Shown here in pieces: positions 26,263 through 39,382 of a stretch of 64,000 nt of DNA. Each line of letters opens with the position of its first letter. Position 1 is the stretch's first letter. A program made the translations under genes and the position numbers. The stretch is from positions 12,276,001-12,340,000 of the forward strand of contig CATNEN010000001.1 of NCBI GenBank assembly GCA_950097015.1, given 5' to 3'. Origin of the DNA: Macrostomum hystrix (lineage: Eukaryota > Animalia > Platyhelminthes). A model generated the notes under the pieces. That model was given only the letters and a program-made list of their open reading frames with translations. It ran no database searches and was not told the DNA's origin.

Positions 26263-29200
26263 TGTAAGACCGTGGGTTGAGTTGTAGAACATAACAAAAC
26301 ACGCCAGGAGCCCTCACTGGCTCACGCCAATATATTTAACGGCAAAGTTGGGGTGGGTGCAACCACCCTAAGCGGCGGCCGACGGTCTGCAGCGGCTGAA
26401 AGCTCCAGTGACGCCCGCCGCTGCACGAAGCGCTTGAGGCGGTCGTGGTGCACCACCAGCCGGCGCCTGCGGCCAGTCTCGTCCTGGATACGGTAATTGA
26501 CTTCACCCAGGCGCCTCAGGACTCGGTACGGCCCCTTCCACTTCGCGCTGAGGCACCGTGTCTGGCCGCGATTGATGACAGAGTTGCGCAGCATCACTAG
26601 CTGGCACTGTTCGAACGGCACGAAGCGGCCCTTTGATGTCGATCTGCACCAGCTGCCACGGAGCCGTCGGCTGGCACGTCGACTGCAGCGGCGATTTCTG
26701 CGGCTTGGTTGGACTCTTCTTGGCCAGGCAGACCGCGCAGCTGGCCACCCAGTTCTCGACGTCCCATCGCAGACCAGGCCACCAGCAGCGCTCAGACAGT
26801 CTCGCTCCGGTCCTGTCGCCGCCGAGGTGTCTGCTCTGGTCGCACGAGTGTGCCTGCTGCAGGAAATATGGCCGCAGGTGACCGGGAATGACTGGCCGGC
26901 CACCCACCAGCAGGACACCCGCCGAGCTCACCGAGGCCCCGTCCAGCAGCTCGCGAACCTGCGCCGCCCATGAATCGGACAGGCTGTCGACCCCTTCGGT
27001 GAGCGCCTGGAATGCATTGCTCAGCCATTGCTCCTCGTGTAGGCTGCTGTAGTCCCACCGAGGCTGCAACGCGCCGAACGCGCTCTTGGCCTTGTGCAGC
27101 TTGAGTCCCGCGTCTCGCAACCGCTTGAAAACTTCCTCCAGCCTCTCTAAGTGGTCGTCGAACGTACTGCTGAAGACAATGACGTCGTCGATGTAAGTCA
27201 GCACGGACTCCCAGGACAGGCCGGACATCACAAGCTCCATGAGCCGCTGGAACGTCGCCGGGGCGTTGCACATACCGAAGCCCATCTTGCAGAATTGCAT
27301 CAGGCCGCGCGTCGAATAGAAGGCCGTCTTGTGCCGGTCCTCCTCCGCCACCTCCACCTGGTGGTAGCCCTGCCGGCAGTCGATGGTGAAGAACCAGGAG
27401 CATCCGACAAGCGCATCCATGGCCTGCTGCAGGTGCGGTAGCGGGAACGCGTCCCTGACGGTGCAGGCGTTGAGCTGCCGCCAGTCCGTGCACAGTCTGA
27501 TGTCGCCGTTTTTCTTGCAGACTACCAGCAGGTTGCTGGCCCATGGCGATGTCGACGGCTCGATGATGCCGCTGTCCAGCATCTGGCCGATCTTCTTGTC
27601 CACCTGGCATCGCACAGACAGTGGCAGCCTGCGCTGGACCTGCCGGTGTGGCCGCGCTCCGGGTACCAGCTCGATCTGGTGTTGCAGCAACGCCGTCGTG
27701 CCCAGGTCGTACTCGTGCCTTGCGAACAGGTCCTCGTTGCGCTCCAGCAGCTGTCGCAGCCTCGCAGCATCCCGTTCGGGCAGCTCCGCGTTGATGTTTC
27801 ATCCGATGGGGGTCTCCTGGGCCGCCTCCTGGCGACCGTCCTCGTCTGTCATCGCGCCTTCGAACGTGCCGACCGCCTTGTTGGCGTACAGCAGCACGGG
27901 CTCCTCTGCCAGGTTGCACATTTTCACCGGGATGCGGCAGCCATCTGAGACCGCCAGCACGCGGGCCGGCAGGATGGCGGTGGACTTCACGAAGTCCTCA
28001 GACGGCTCGAAGACTCCCTGCTCGCCGCTGGAATCCACCTTGAGCCACACCAGCTTCTCGCTGCGGGCGGGCAGCTCCGTAGTTGCCGCCACACGCGCCA
28101 CCAGGACACTCGGTACCAGGCGACAGTCTGCTCGAGCCGGCTCGCTGCTGAAAGGCACAGTTGTACTATCAAACTTACCGACGCCTTTAATGTCGATGGT
28201 CATCGCCTGCGACACCTCGCTGATGAAGTCCATACCGATGATCAGGCCGGGCTGAATGCCGTCCACGACTGTGAGGCGATGGCGCACGCGGATGGTCTTG
28301 CCGATCGAAACATCCGCTGCTGACAGGCCAAGGCAGCGCAGCCGGGATCCGTCGAGCGTCGACAGCAGTCGGCAGCGCATCGATGTCGGTGCAGTCGATC
28401 TTGCACGGCAATCTGTCGAACAGCGACTTGTCCATCAACGAAACTTGCGCGCCGGTGTCGAGCAGAGAGGGCGCTGACACGCTGCCAAAGTGCACCTTCA
28501 CGAAGACTGAAGGCGCTGATCTAAGGGCCCCCTCTGAGCGGGTCGTGCTGGCCCCAGGCTGCCGACCCTCAGAAGTTTCCCTGCGGCTGTCCAGTTGGTG
28601 CTGGCCCCAGGTCAGGCACATGTCAGGCACACCGCGGCGGAGTGACCTTTGCCTGAGCACCGGCTGCAGCGGCTGCCGGTCGCTTTTGGGCACCGCCTAG
28701 CGATGTGACCCAGCTCGCCGCAGCTGAAGCACTTAATAGGTCCCTTCTGACGCCTGTCTCTTCCGGGTGGTCCCGCTCGCACGCTGGCTTTCAGCTGCTG
28801 CATCTGCTGCTCCAGCTGGCTCAGCAGTCTGTCTTCCACTGACACCGCAGCTGATGAGGCTGTAGTCGCGTGGCTCACCAGCTCAAGCCGCGCAGCTCTG
28901 TCAACGATGGCGGCCAGCGAACACGAGTCCACGTCCTGGTCCTTCAACAGCGCATCTCGCACGGCAGATGGCAGGAGGCGCATCAGGCGAAACTTTACGA
29001 CCTTTTCCCGAGCCGCCACGGAGTCGTCCGGGCGGGCCCGAAGGTGGAGAAGCTTCAGGCTGTAGGCCAGCTCCCTCAGCGACTCGTTAAGGCTGTCGCT
29101 TACGCTCTTCAAAGTCCTCGCTGATGAGAAATCCATTGCTCTGTAGCAGCTTAGACTGTTGCCGAAGCACTCGATCAGCTTCTCCTTCAGCTTTTCATAG

Positions 29201-29521
29201 CTGGCTGACACGTCTTCCGGCTGCTCCCAGACGAAGATTTGTGCTTCTCCTGTCACCATGCCAGCAGTCTCAGCTTCCTGTCACCAGAAGTCCTCAAACG
29301 TGCTGAGCCACGTTCTCACGTTGGAGTCGCCGCTAAACTTTGAAGGCAATAGACTGGCTTGCTCTGATTTGGCCATAGTGAGACCGCTGCCACCAGTGTA
29401 AGACCATGGGTTAAGTTGTAGAACATAACAAAACACACCAGGAGCCCTCACTGGCTCACGCCAATATATTTAACGGCAAAGTTGGGGTGGGTGCACCCTA
29501 AGCAAACGCACGCTGCAGCGG
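26263..29521 (-). mobile_element. Internally deleted, non-autonomous Ty3/Gypsy element with short LTR remnants (26263-~26372 and 29397-~29502)
   Basis: Direct repeats ending ...TTACA on minus; PBS TGGTGGCAGCGGT at 29395..29383; gag ATG 29376 with two CCHC knuckles; protease LLDTGAQ; RT YIDDV; integrase HHCC and WKGPY. Several frameshifts and stops. Confidence 0.9.
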
Positions 29522-31611
29522 TAGGGATGCCAAAAACCGTGCTCTTTTGAGAACCGGTTAACCGGTTTTAAAAACCGTATTTTTCAGGAAACCGGTTTTT
29601 AAAAACCGGTTTGTGCGTCAATTTCGTAAACAAATAACAAATGAACTTGCGGCTTTAAAATGCATGCTAGATACCTCTTTTACATATTTGTCATTTGTTT
29701 CCCCCTGCTTTGTTTGACCCTTGAAGGCTTTGACTTGCTGTTGCTGTTTAATATTATAATTTGCGAAGCATAATACTATTGAATAAATTAATAAGTTATA
29801 ATAAACACGAGGCACGAATCTGACTAATAATGTCAGTGACGTGCTTTATTGTCATTTCATTCTCTTAATTCGTTGGCAACTTGGCAATTGGCATCAGCCA
29901 GCATTCTCACATTTCAGACAGTCATGTTTTTTTCTTCAAAAATTATTCGGCATTTGGCATTGGAATTGGCGCAAGCAAACAAAAAACAAGATAAAGAAAA
30001 AGACCAGACACAGACACAAAGACAATTTTGTCGTAAAAAATTGCGCAACAAACCCTGCAGGCTTCAAGCTACAAACTAGTTTCTACTCTACTCGAACTCG
30101 AAGTGCATGTGTATAGGAGTTTAGCTACTTCCATATCTTCTACTCTACTCTATCATTTTTCCACACTATTCCACTCAACTTATCTCATCTGCTGTCATTA
30201 TCCTGCTCAATCTAAATGTATCTCTTCTTATTGTCAACTTCTCAAAACTCTTTCACTCTTCAGTCTTTTCTTAGTAATCCAACTCTAATATGGTCATGTG
30301 ACTCATGTCCTATTCTAGGACAATTGACTTTTAACTTAATTTCACTTCCATAAGTCCTTGAAATGTTTGACAATACAGGGAGGGAAATGTGAATGCAATG
30401 CAATCATGTGTCCCTTTCACGCTTTAAAAAGTAATGGCGGAGCATGACGAGCCTTGACAGTGTAGTGTCAGTCAGTCGAGATCGCACTTTCGACAGGAAA
30501 GATCCACTTGCAGAAAACGCACGTTCAGCCTCGACACTTGTAGGTGGAATTAGCTGAAGTCCTTGGTATAGTTGCGTGAGCAAAGTGCCTCGTTGCTGTG
30601 CAATACGGAGGAACTCAATCTCGCGGCCAATTCGACTTTCTAGTGTCATGCTTTGGTTTCGATTTCGAGGCTGCTCATTCTTCTGTTGCAAAAATAACTT
30701 CAGCTGGTCTTCTAGGCCTATGCAGACCTCTTGCTGATTTGCCCGATTGCTGTCGATTGCTTCAGCTGGTCTTGAACACGCAGCTACTGGTGCTGGTAAA
30801 GATGATGCTGCCAACTCCTCCGAGCGTGTTGACAATTCCAGATTCATGTTAAGACCTGCTGCAGCTGCTCCACTTTCACTAGCAGTTTGATCGGCATTGT
30901 CCTCAGGCTGTGCACACAGTTCTAGTTTCTTGGCGAGAGCAATTAAAGTATACTTAACGGCATTGAGCTCAGATTTTGAGTCAGTAGCTCCATATTGGAA
31001 GAGAAACTTGGCTGCAGTGACTATGGGTCCGCTGCGCTCTTGAATACGCAGCTTAAGTGAGCTGGAAAGATCCTGTGCAGGGTCACTTTCTTGGCTTGAC
31101 AGCTTCAGTATGGCGAACTCTACTGCATTGATTGCAGTGACGATTGTGCAATCACGCTGGCATAGTGTCTTCACAATTAGCTCTACAGGTTTGAGGGCCT
31201 GGTTGATTTCATTCAAGCGTGCAATGTCTTGGCGATCCAATGGGAATTCGAGATCAAGTTGCAAGAGTGCTCGCTGTATGGGCTTCAAAAGCAGCAAGAA
31301 GCGATCCACCATACTCAGCAAGGAATTCCACCGAGTCCGACAATCAAGGATGAGACTAAGCTCAGATCCATGACTTGCCTTCACAAATGACTGAAGTGTG
31401 TCATTGCGCACAGGTTTTCCGCGAAAACACTTGACAACATCGCGAACTTTGACAATGAGTTCTTGAATAGTAGGATTCAGTTGCATAGCATTGCCATCAG
31501 TTCCTTCATCAGACAAGTCCCACAGCATGGCCACTTCAGCATCATCACATGCATCAGCTTCGACATCAGAAACAGAAACAGTAGATGTAACTGCGGTAGC
31601 AAGTGCAGCGC
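29522..31611 (-). mobile_element. 3' half of an Ac/hobo-type hAT transposon; transposase C-terminal part 31611..30404
   Basis: DCRTRWNS and PPTSVEAERAFS (hAT C-terminal domain). The terminus TAGGGATGC at 29522 is followed by AACCGGTT subterminal repeats. The N-terminal half is missing. Confidence 0.88.
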
Positions 31612-32050
31612 TTAACCCCACCCCACATCAAACGAGCCGAACCAACAAGCCAGACTACACATTTTTTTCTGATCCCGGGATAGATAAAAATTGTAGAAAA
31701 CATAAACTGCTATTAAAAATTGCGAAAAAAAGACAATTTTCTGCAGCATAACTTTGGCGAATTATGGTCTTAAAGGTGGTAATTTTCACCTTTCTTCCAC
31801 TTTATTTTCGCACAGCTCACTAGATATAAGAGGTAGACACACAAGCTTGAGCTCAAATGTAGAGAATTTATTCAGATTTCTAATAAAACAAACATTTCGA
31901 AAATCTGTTGCACGATACAGAAGTTATCTGTGTTTTTCTCCCAGTAGAGCATCAAAATTTCCTATCTGCTTAGTGTATTTTTGGGCCAGTCAGTCAGCCC
32001 ATAACTGGTGGGTTTGGCGAGTGTCTCTCTACAGTTTCTAGATTCAGAGC
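31612..32050. mobile_element. Possible piggyBac-type end that truncates the hAT transposase
   Basis: TTAA|CCCC lies where the transposase-like sequence ends; no partner end found. Confidence 0.25.
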
Positions 32051-32906
32051 TCCAGAGCCTAGCAGACACAAACAGCTGTACGCAGGGCACGGAATGGGGA
32101 AGAGAGCATTAAAGTATCGATTTTTATGTCACCCGTCTAGAGCGCTCGAGGTTTGGAGGCCTTTTCCAATGTACATTGGAGATATTGAAAATACGCTCTC
32201 GGGGCCGACAGGGCACTAAGCTAGTTGAAAGAAATAATTGGAGGCGAGTCCAGTTGGGCAGAACGCATGAGGTGGTGGGTCAGGCCTTCCCTTTTCCAAT
32301 CTTCATTTTCTTACCCTTCCGAAAGTCACAACCCCACCCTGCCTTCACCCCCATACCCAATTCAAAGCACAGCCTATAACAGACTAGGCTTGGCTGTCTA
32401 TTCTTGCTTGCTTGCTATTTCCATTTCTCTTAGGCATTTCGCAAGCTCTGTGTGCCCAGGCTTTGATTCCAGAATGTGTGCCTAGTATGTATGACCAGAA
32501 TTTGAACCTTTCTCATTTTAAAGCTCTTAGCTTTAAAACCAGGAAGTCTAAGCTCAGAGATTAGACAAGTGATTCTTATTTTTTCTTTTGTCTCGCTTAA
32601 AAACTGCTAAATCCATGCTAATTTAGCTGCGTTATAGTTTTAAGAAGATCCGAATTTAAGTAAGGTAAGTGATATGATATGAAGACCTTTCAGGTTAGAA
32701 ACTTCTTTGAAACTTTGCTCTATGCTGTAGAGTCTGTCATAGACTTTACAATAAATCTGTTCTGTTGATTTCCAGAGCTGCAGAACTGCAGGCCCTAGTT
32801 AGTGATAACCTTATATTTTGTAAGTTAGATTATGGCCTATTTAAAGGTGCTTTGTTCCTGAGTGTTGTTTGGCTTTTGGCCAGCACTAGCCATAGGCCTA
32901 GTAATA

Positions 32907-33100
32907 CAAGGGGTATTCAAAAAGTTTTGTTGTTCAGGTACTTAGAGCAGCAATTTGGGGACAATATCACTTTATTTTTCAACATAGTCCCCTGGCAATT
33001 GATGCACTTCTGCCATTGGTCCTGCAGCTTCTAGATGCCACTAGTGTAGAACTTGGCTGGCTAGTCCTCCAGCCACTGGTTGGTGAGGGTGATTACCTTG
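32907..33100 (-). pseudogene. Mariner 3' end (transposase C-terminus plus TIR)
   Basis: Minus translation WLED*PAKFYTSGI*KLQDQWQKCINCQGDYVEK*; TA|CAAGGGGTATTCAAAAAG terminus. Confidence 0.8.
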
Positions 33101-33958
33101 TTCGACTAGAATCGACTAGAAGAATAGGCCTATTTAGATTTAAAGATATAAAGAGACTTAAAGAGCATTTACGGCTATGGTGGAGTTCCGTTCGTTATAT
33201 TATTTTTCAATTTCAAAATGGTGCCAAAAGCCCAGTAATGCAACGGACGATTTGGCATGACGTGGCATATGTATGTCTATGGTCTAAAATTGACTGTTGG
33301 CTCAAGTCAAGACCTTATCGGCTCAAGTTGCTCAAGTTGCCTCACCAACTATTTGAGTCATTTGAGTCTATACCCAGTCAATGCATTCGGCAACTTCATG
33401 TATTGGGTGTCCCACTATTAGGGCCTATCCAACTTGATGAACAGATAAGGAACTGATGAACCTCTGATGAACTTTTCTGAGTGTCCTCGTGTTGTTTAAA
33501 TGTTGCTGCGTTGGTCGTAAAACTTGTTTAACCTGTCCGCAGTCATTTTGAATTGCAAAATAATATAACGAACGGAACTCCACCATAGCCGCATTTACTT
33601 TTGTATATTTTGTATTCCTTAATCTTTTTGTCTTTGACAAACTATTAATTGACTCTAAAGTATCAGAATTTGTATTTGCATTTGATTTTGGTAGCTAAAA
33701 ACTAAACAAGTTTATGTTGGCCAACTTTATTGTTTTAACGGCATATATGTGTCATTTCGTTCATTAAATTATTTTCTTTATAGAAAACGAAACTGCAAGT
33801 AATTTTAGTAATGAATAGGCCTAACAAGTGGGAATAACAAATGTAACCAAAATGAATGCCAGGATGATTGTTAGAATATTAAATATTAAAATAACACTGA
33901 TATTTGTGTGCGTATTTTTTAATTACTAGGATAAAGATAAAGATAGGAAAAAGGATAA

Positions 33959-34550
33959 GGCAGTGCTTATCCCCACGGTACCGTAGAAATAATTTTTGTC
34001 TTATTCCTACGGTACCGTGGGAATAATTTCCTGCTTATCCGCACGGCACACTGACGAGATAGCTGTCCTATCTTCAACATATTCCGTGGGAATAATTTCC
34101 TGCTTATCCGCACGGCACACTGACGAGATAGCTGTCCTATCATCTATCTTTTTATCATGACTGCAATTTTCCTTTTTTCTTCCGGTTTTTAAAAGCAAGT
34201 AAACAAATTAAAGTTTTCTGCTTTTTTCGCAAGTAGTTACCCAATACGGTGGCTTTTTAAAGTATATAAAATATATTTCTATTATTTATATATTCAAAAG
34301 AATACAACTGAAGTGTGTATTTTTCTAATCTTATAGCTCAAGCCTTCAAGTCTATAATCCAGTCTATTACTTTATTCTAGGCCAAGTTAAAATAGGTCCA
34401 TAAAAATGTCTGACAGTGCCAACGGAATATGTTGAAGATAGGACAGCTATCTCGTCAGTGTGCCGTGCGGATAAGCAGGAAATTATTCCCACGGTACCGT
34501 AGGAATAAGACAAAAATTATTTCCACGGTACCGTAGGGATAAGCACTGCC
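33959..34550. mobile_element. Mutator-like MITE, 592 bp, ~130-bp TIRs, 9-bp TSD
   Basis: GGCAGTGCTTATCC... is inverted at 33959-34087 and 34421-34550. TSD AAAGGATAA at 33950-33958 and 34551-34559. A ~60-bp part of the left TIR is duplicated internally. Confidence 0.88.
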
Positions 34551-34899
34551 AAAGGATAAAGAGTATAAAACGAGAAAATATATATCAGCATGATTTTCAA
34601 AACTACAAGTTTCATGTTTGTGAGAATTATTTCAAATACATTGAGGCAGGATGGTCAAAATATTGACAAGAAACTATTAAAAATACTTTTAACAGATTAA
34701 ATACTTGTATATCAGTCCGAAAAAGTTATAAATTGCTGCGAAAATCTTGTTTCGTGCCTACAAATTTAAATCTGTCATCAAAATAATTTAACGAACGAAA
34801 CAACACATACCATTTTAACTTGTACCAGAGATTTTCTAAATCTCATTTTAATGAATTTATTTAAAAATAAAAACCAAAATTTCATCAAACTCTACCACA

Positions 34900-35110
34900 G
34901 AGCCTGGATGTGTTGGATGTTGTTGGCAGTGACAACAGTCTAGGGTTGTCCATATCGGGGGTCATCTTCAAGCAAGTCGCCGCCATGCTTGAACTTGGCT
35001 GCCCAGCACCTGATATTAGCATATGAGGGGGCAGTGTCAGAGTACACACCAGCCCTCCAAAGTCAGAAATTTGATCACTGCCCTGTGCTCAAGCTTTAAT
35101 TCTTGAGAAA
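34900..35110 (-). pseudogene. Mariner transposase N-terminal remnant, probably the same element as 32907-33100
   Basis: LEHRAVIKFL...YSDTAPSY...WAAKFKHG...LEDDPRYGQP. Confidence 0.75.
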
Positions 35111-35811
35111 ATGTCATGGGGTGTGTGACATTATTGAGTAAATAAGTAAGTCCAGAGCGGCGGTGGTTTTAGAGTTCAATTCTAGTTTACATGGTGTAGC
35201 GGTAGCACTTTTATTCTTGTTTATTCACTGGGATGCACGACAAGCAATGTGGTTAAAGGAAAGGTGCAGGAGCTCAATGATTGCGGTGAATACAAAGACA
35301 GCGGATGATAGCAGAGTGGCAGTACAGAGTGGGCGCGAAAAGAACAGAAAATGGTACACAGAAAGAAACAGAGACAGGCAACACGGAATGGAACAGTGGA
35401 GGAAGAGACCCCCAAACCAAATCTATAATTCCCAAAGAGGTGCTCCCTTCTAAGACTATCCCCTGCCTCTTCCTTCTCCCCTGCTTGCTCCAGCAGTGTC
35501 TTTGCATTGTGGATGGTAGAAAATTCACCAAGCAAACTCTGTACTAGTATTCTGAGCTATCTGAATGAATAGATAAATGAATGATAAACAAGTGGAATAA
35601 CAAAGTGGTGCATTTGAATAACATGGGTGTTCAGAGTAGTGATGGACAGCAAATAAGGAAATAGGGAGTGAGGCAAAGAGGAGGAAAGCAACAAAAAAGA
35701 TTGCAATAAGTTGGGTCATGCGTGACGCCCGGGATGGTGTCAGGACAGGGCAGACAAGCTGAGAGTAACAGGGGTTGGAGTGACCCTCAGCACAGCTGGA
35801 GAGACACCCTC

Positions 35812-36134
35812 TCACTTGAACTCTTCTTTGACTGGGTTGGGCACCTTCATATCATTCCATTTGATCACTTTGCCCTTCGTACCTGTGCAGGGCACGTCTG
35901 TGAGCATGCAGATTATCTTGCTTGCATGCTCTGAGTCCTGCATCAACTCCGGTATGATGACGTCAGGCAGCAAGCCCTTGGCAACAAGCTTGTCCACCAT
36001 CGACTGCATGTCAGCTTGCTGGACGCCCCGGCCAAACTCAGCGCACAGGTCCTCTGCCAGATCCTTGATTTCAATTCCCTTGTTGGTTGACTTCTGCAGA
36101 GCTTTGACACACCGGCCAACAGCCACCAGTGTTG
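35812..36134 (-). CDS. Unidentified coding-like exon downstream of the hAT transposase
   Basis: About 105 open codons with a helical-looking product and a candidate acceptor ggtag| near 36135; no upstream donor resolved. Confidence 0.3.
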
Positions 36135-36581
36135 CTACCAGCGGTTACAGAAAAATTATCACAGGTGGGCAAAAAAATCGCAGGAGCTCTGTTATATAAA
36201 ATTACACGAAAAAATAAGCAGACAGAACACATGTGCATGGATATTGTGTATTGATATCAGGGGCAGGTACAGCGGGTACAGCACAAGCAACACATACTGT
36301 GTTGGTATGAATCTTCCTGAAACTAGAGGGGCAGGAAGAGAAGCAAAGAGTTTGAAGCGTTGGCACGCTCTAGATAGGACATTAAGTGATAGTATGAGGT
36401 AAAAATATTTTCGCAAAAATAGACAAGGGGAGAGAAAGGGGGCAATGCCAGAGAGTACAGCTTCAAATAAGTCAAATGACTGTCACGCTGAAAATAGCCT
36501 GAAAAAATAGCTGAAAATGGCCTGTGGCAATCTACCCTACTGTCAGCACCAGTGTAAAAGATACAGTTGACATCATATCAC

Positions 36582-39061
36582 TCATATGCCACCAGACCTC
36601 CTCGACACCTTTGGCAGCTTGACCAAGGCAGCCATGTCGGATTGCCGCTTCTTCCTAGCTGACTCCTCAGCGGCTTGTTTCAAAGTGCGCTCGACTGCAT
36701 TATGTTCAATTTCCATCTTCCATGCTTCCAGTCCCGAGGCTCGAACTGCAGCATTTTTCTCCTCCTCTTGTGCACGGCGCAAATCCTCCAGAGCCTTCTG
36801 CACCTGCCTCTCAGCAAGAATGCAGTTAGCTTCAGCTTCCTTTCTCTTCTGGTCTTCTTTCTGCTGGGCGGAAGCTAATTGCTGCAGCTCAGACTGCCGA
36901 ACGGAGTCCTAAAATAGATGGAAGATTAAATTTAGATATTTTATGATACAAAATGCAAAAATTAATGAAACATGCATAGATGCAAGTTGCAAAAGCCAAG
37001 ACTTAAAAAGCCATAGAATATTACCTGAAGGACCTTCTCGCGAATCATCCTTTCCTCCTCATCCGCCTGACGTTTCCGCTCTTCTGCCTGGACCTTCTTC
37101 TTCTGGTCTGCCAAAAAGTTGCTGTACTCAGACTTTGCCTTCAATGCAGCAACAACCAGAGCCTCGGGAATTGCCACGGTTGCAGGAGTCAGGCCTCTGG
37201 CCATGAGGTAACTCTTGGCGATTAGAGAATTTCGCTTAGTTTGGTCAGAGAGCCGGTTGCGCTTCTGATTCGCATCAATGTCATGGGCCTTGCCAATGTA
37301 GCGCTCAGCGTCCGCATTACCATGGAACAGTGTGCAACAGGCGGTGCCTAGCCGACCGAGAAGAGGATAGTCAGTTGTCTTCTGCATGCCATGCCAGTGA
37401 GCGGCCAGGTCCTCTCCAGTTGGTTGAGTCTGGGCTTCGGCAGACCTCAGATTGAGCAGTCGCACCTCTGTTGTAAGATGCTCCACTGCGTCAGGTGGAA
37501 TGATGTTGGGCAGCTTCTGAGCCACACGAAGTACCTGCTTTTCTTGAATTGGCAGCGACAGACTGAGAAAGGACAAGTTGCGGAGAATGTTAGAACGAAA
37601 TGGCAAGTTAGTCTGCAAGTAGCTTGCCAGCGTGATAGAAAACTGCTTAAATGCAAATAGGAGTCGCCTTTGATTCTCTCCTATCTGCGCCTTGGTCTCA
37701 GATCCAATTGCGATGTCATCAAGAGGAAGGTGAACAGAAGCACTCTCAAAGTTCACTTTATGAACTGGCCCGTCGGTCAAGGCCGAAGGCTTGACAAACT
37801 GCACTGCAACAGATTGCAGCAGCAGGACGTTGCGCTCGTGAATTTAATGCACAAGCACAGATGTGCTCGACTGGAATATCATCTCGTAGTTGCGCAGGAG
37901 GCGAAGCGCATGGATGAGGAATGTCAAAGTAGGCTTTGTTGCAGGATCTCGCAAAATCTCCCAGACACGCTTTACCCTTGCATTAGTGTTCTGGGCAGAA
38001 TCGGCTTTGTCAGCCCTGTTCGGATTGAAGAACGCAACGAGCACATCCCACTGCTCATTAATTCGCTCTACACAAGGCAGCAGTACGAGCCAGCGCGTCT
38101 CCACATTCCTTAAAAACTTGTGTGAACTGCATTCAAGTTCTTGCTGCATGGCCGCAAACTCCCTTGCACGCTTTGTACTCCTCGAGAAGCATGCATGCAC
38201 ATCCTCACAGAATGAGACAATTGAAGGCAGTATCTTCTCAACAGCAATCCGGGCTGCATTGGCAACAATGTGCAGCGTGCAACCACCGACATCAACGAGA
38301 TTCTTCAGCTCAGGCACAGCCCTGAGTCGTTGTCCAACGCCTGACTGGCCACCGCGCATCACACTGCAATTGTCGGAGAAATCGCCGATCCACTTGGACA
38401 GTAGCAACCCATGATCAGCTACGCACTGTCGGATGGCATTTGCACAGCTCTCAGCATCCAGAGCTTCGAGGGTGATGAAATCAAGCATTTCTACAACTAC
38501 CTTTCCTTCGCTAATGTATCTAATACACAACATCATTCTGCCATCGCTCTCATCGAAGCTGATGGAGTAGAACTCCGCCTCGTGAACAGCCTTTGTCACC
38601 TCGGATTGAACGTGCGGTGCGATGGCGTGGTTCAAAATGTATGCTTGCTTTGTTCTGCTGCAAGCAAATTTCTTTGCTATCTTAGAATCCGGAAACATTG
38701 CGCAGAACAGGGTAGAAGACGCTTCCTCTCCAGCGAATGACTTTGACTTGTACGCAGCATTCCAAGTACATATCAGTTCAGCTTTTATTGCAACCTGGCT
38801 TGCGTCAGTGCTGCTCGATGCTCGTGGCACCTGCGGGAAGAACTGGTTCACTGGTTTCATCGACTGGAGAGCTGCCAGCTTCACGCTGTGCTTGTCACTC
38901 TTCATATGGTTTCTCACAACGGAAATTCCACCCTGCGCCACGTTGAGTGTCGACTGACAGGCAGAGCAAAAAGCCAGGTGTTCTTCATGTCCACGCTGCA
39001 ACCACCTGCTGGCGTCTAGCTGGGCAATCCAATTGTCATCGAAGTGGGTCTTTCGACTCAT
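36582..39061 (-). pseudogene. hAT-superfamily transposase (Tip100/ZNF862-like) with one in-frame stop and one intron (37024..36909)
   Basis: N-terminal Zn finger C-x2-C...H-x5-H; SFDES, DNCSVM, CTLH, ETRW and HGNADAER motifs. The two ORFs share a frame across a single TAA (37846..37844). CAG|GTAATA...tttag|GAC joins a coiled-coil tail. Confidence 0.85.
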
Positions 39062-39382
39062 AGTGGCTATTCAGAATGTAGTTTATGTACAGCACTGCAG
39101 CAGGCTGAAATAGGAATCCGTGGATTTCAAACATGATATCCCGGACCCGGGTATGATGCTGACTGCTTCCTATTCCAACTAATTGTAAATGAAACAATTG
39201 AGCACAGCAAAGAAGTGACAGAAAAAGCATTGGGCTGACTACAGTCACTGCAATTTAGGTTTGTGATAGTATATTTTCGTCACAACTATGCTAAATAGGG
39301 CCGCACTAACATAAAAAATCATGGACAAAATTGAGCAATGCAAAAAATCGCTGAAATCATACAGAAATGAGAAAATTATCGC

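Noticed and set aside
33745-34812. Weak ~30-bp inverted match flanking the MITE
   Set aside because: Short, AT-rich and mismatched, with no TSD found
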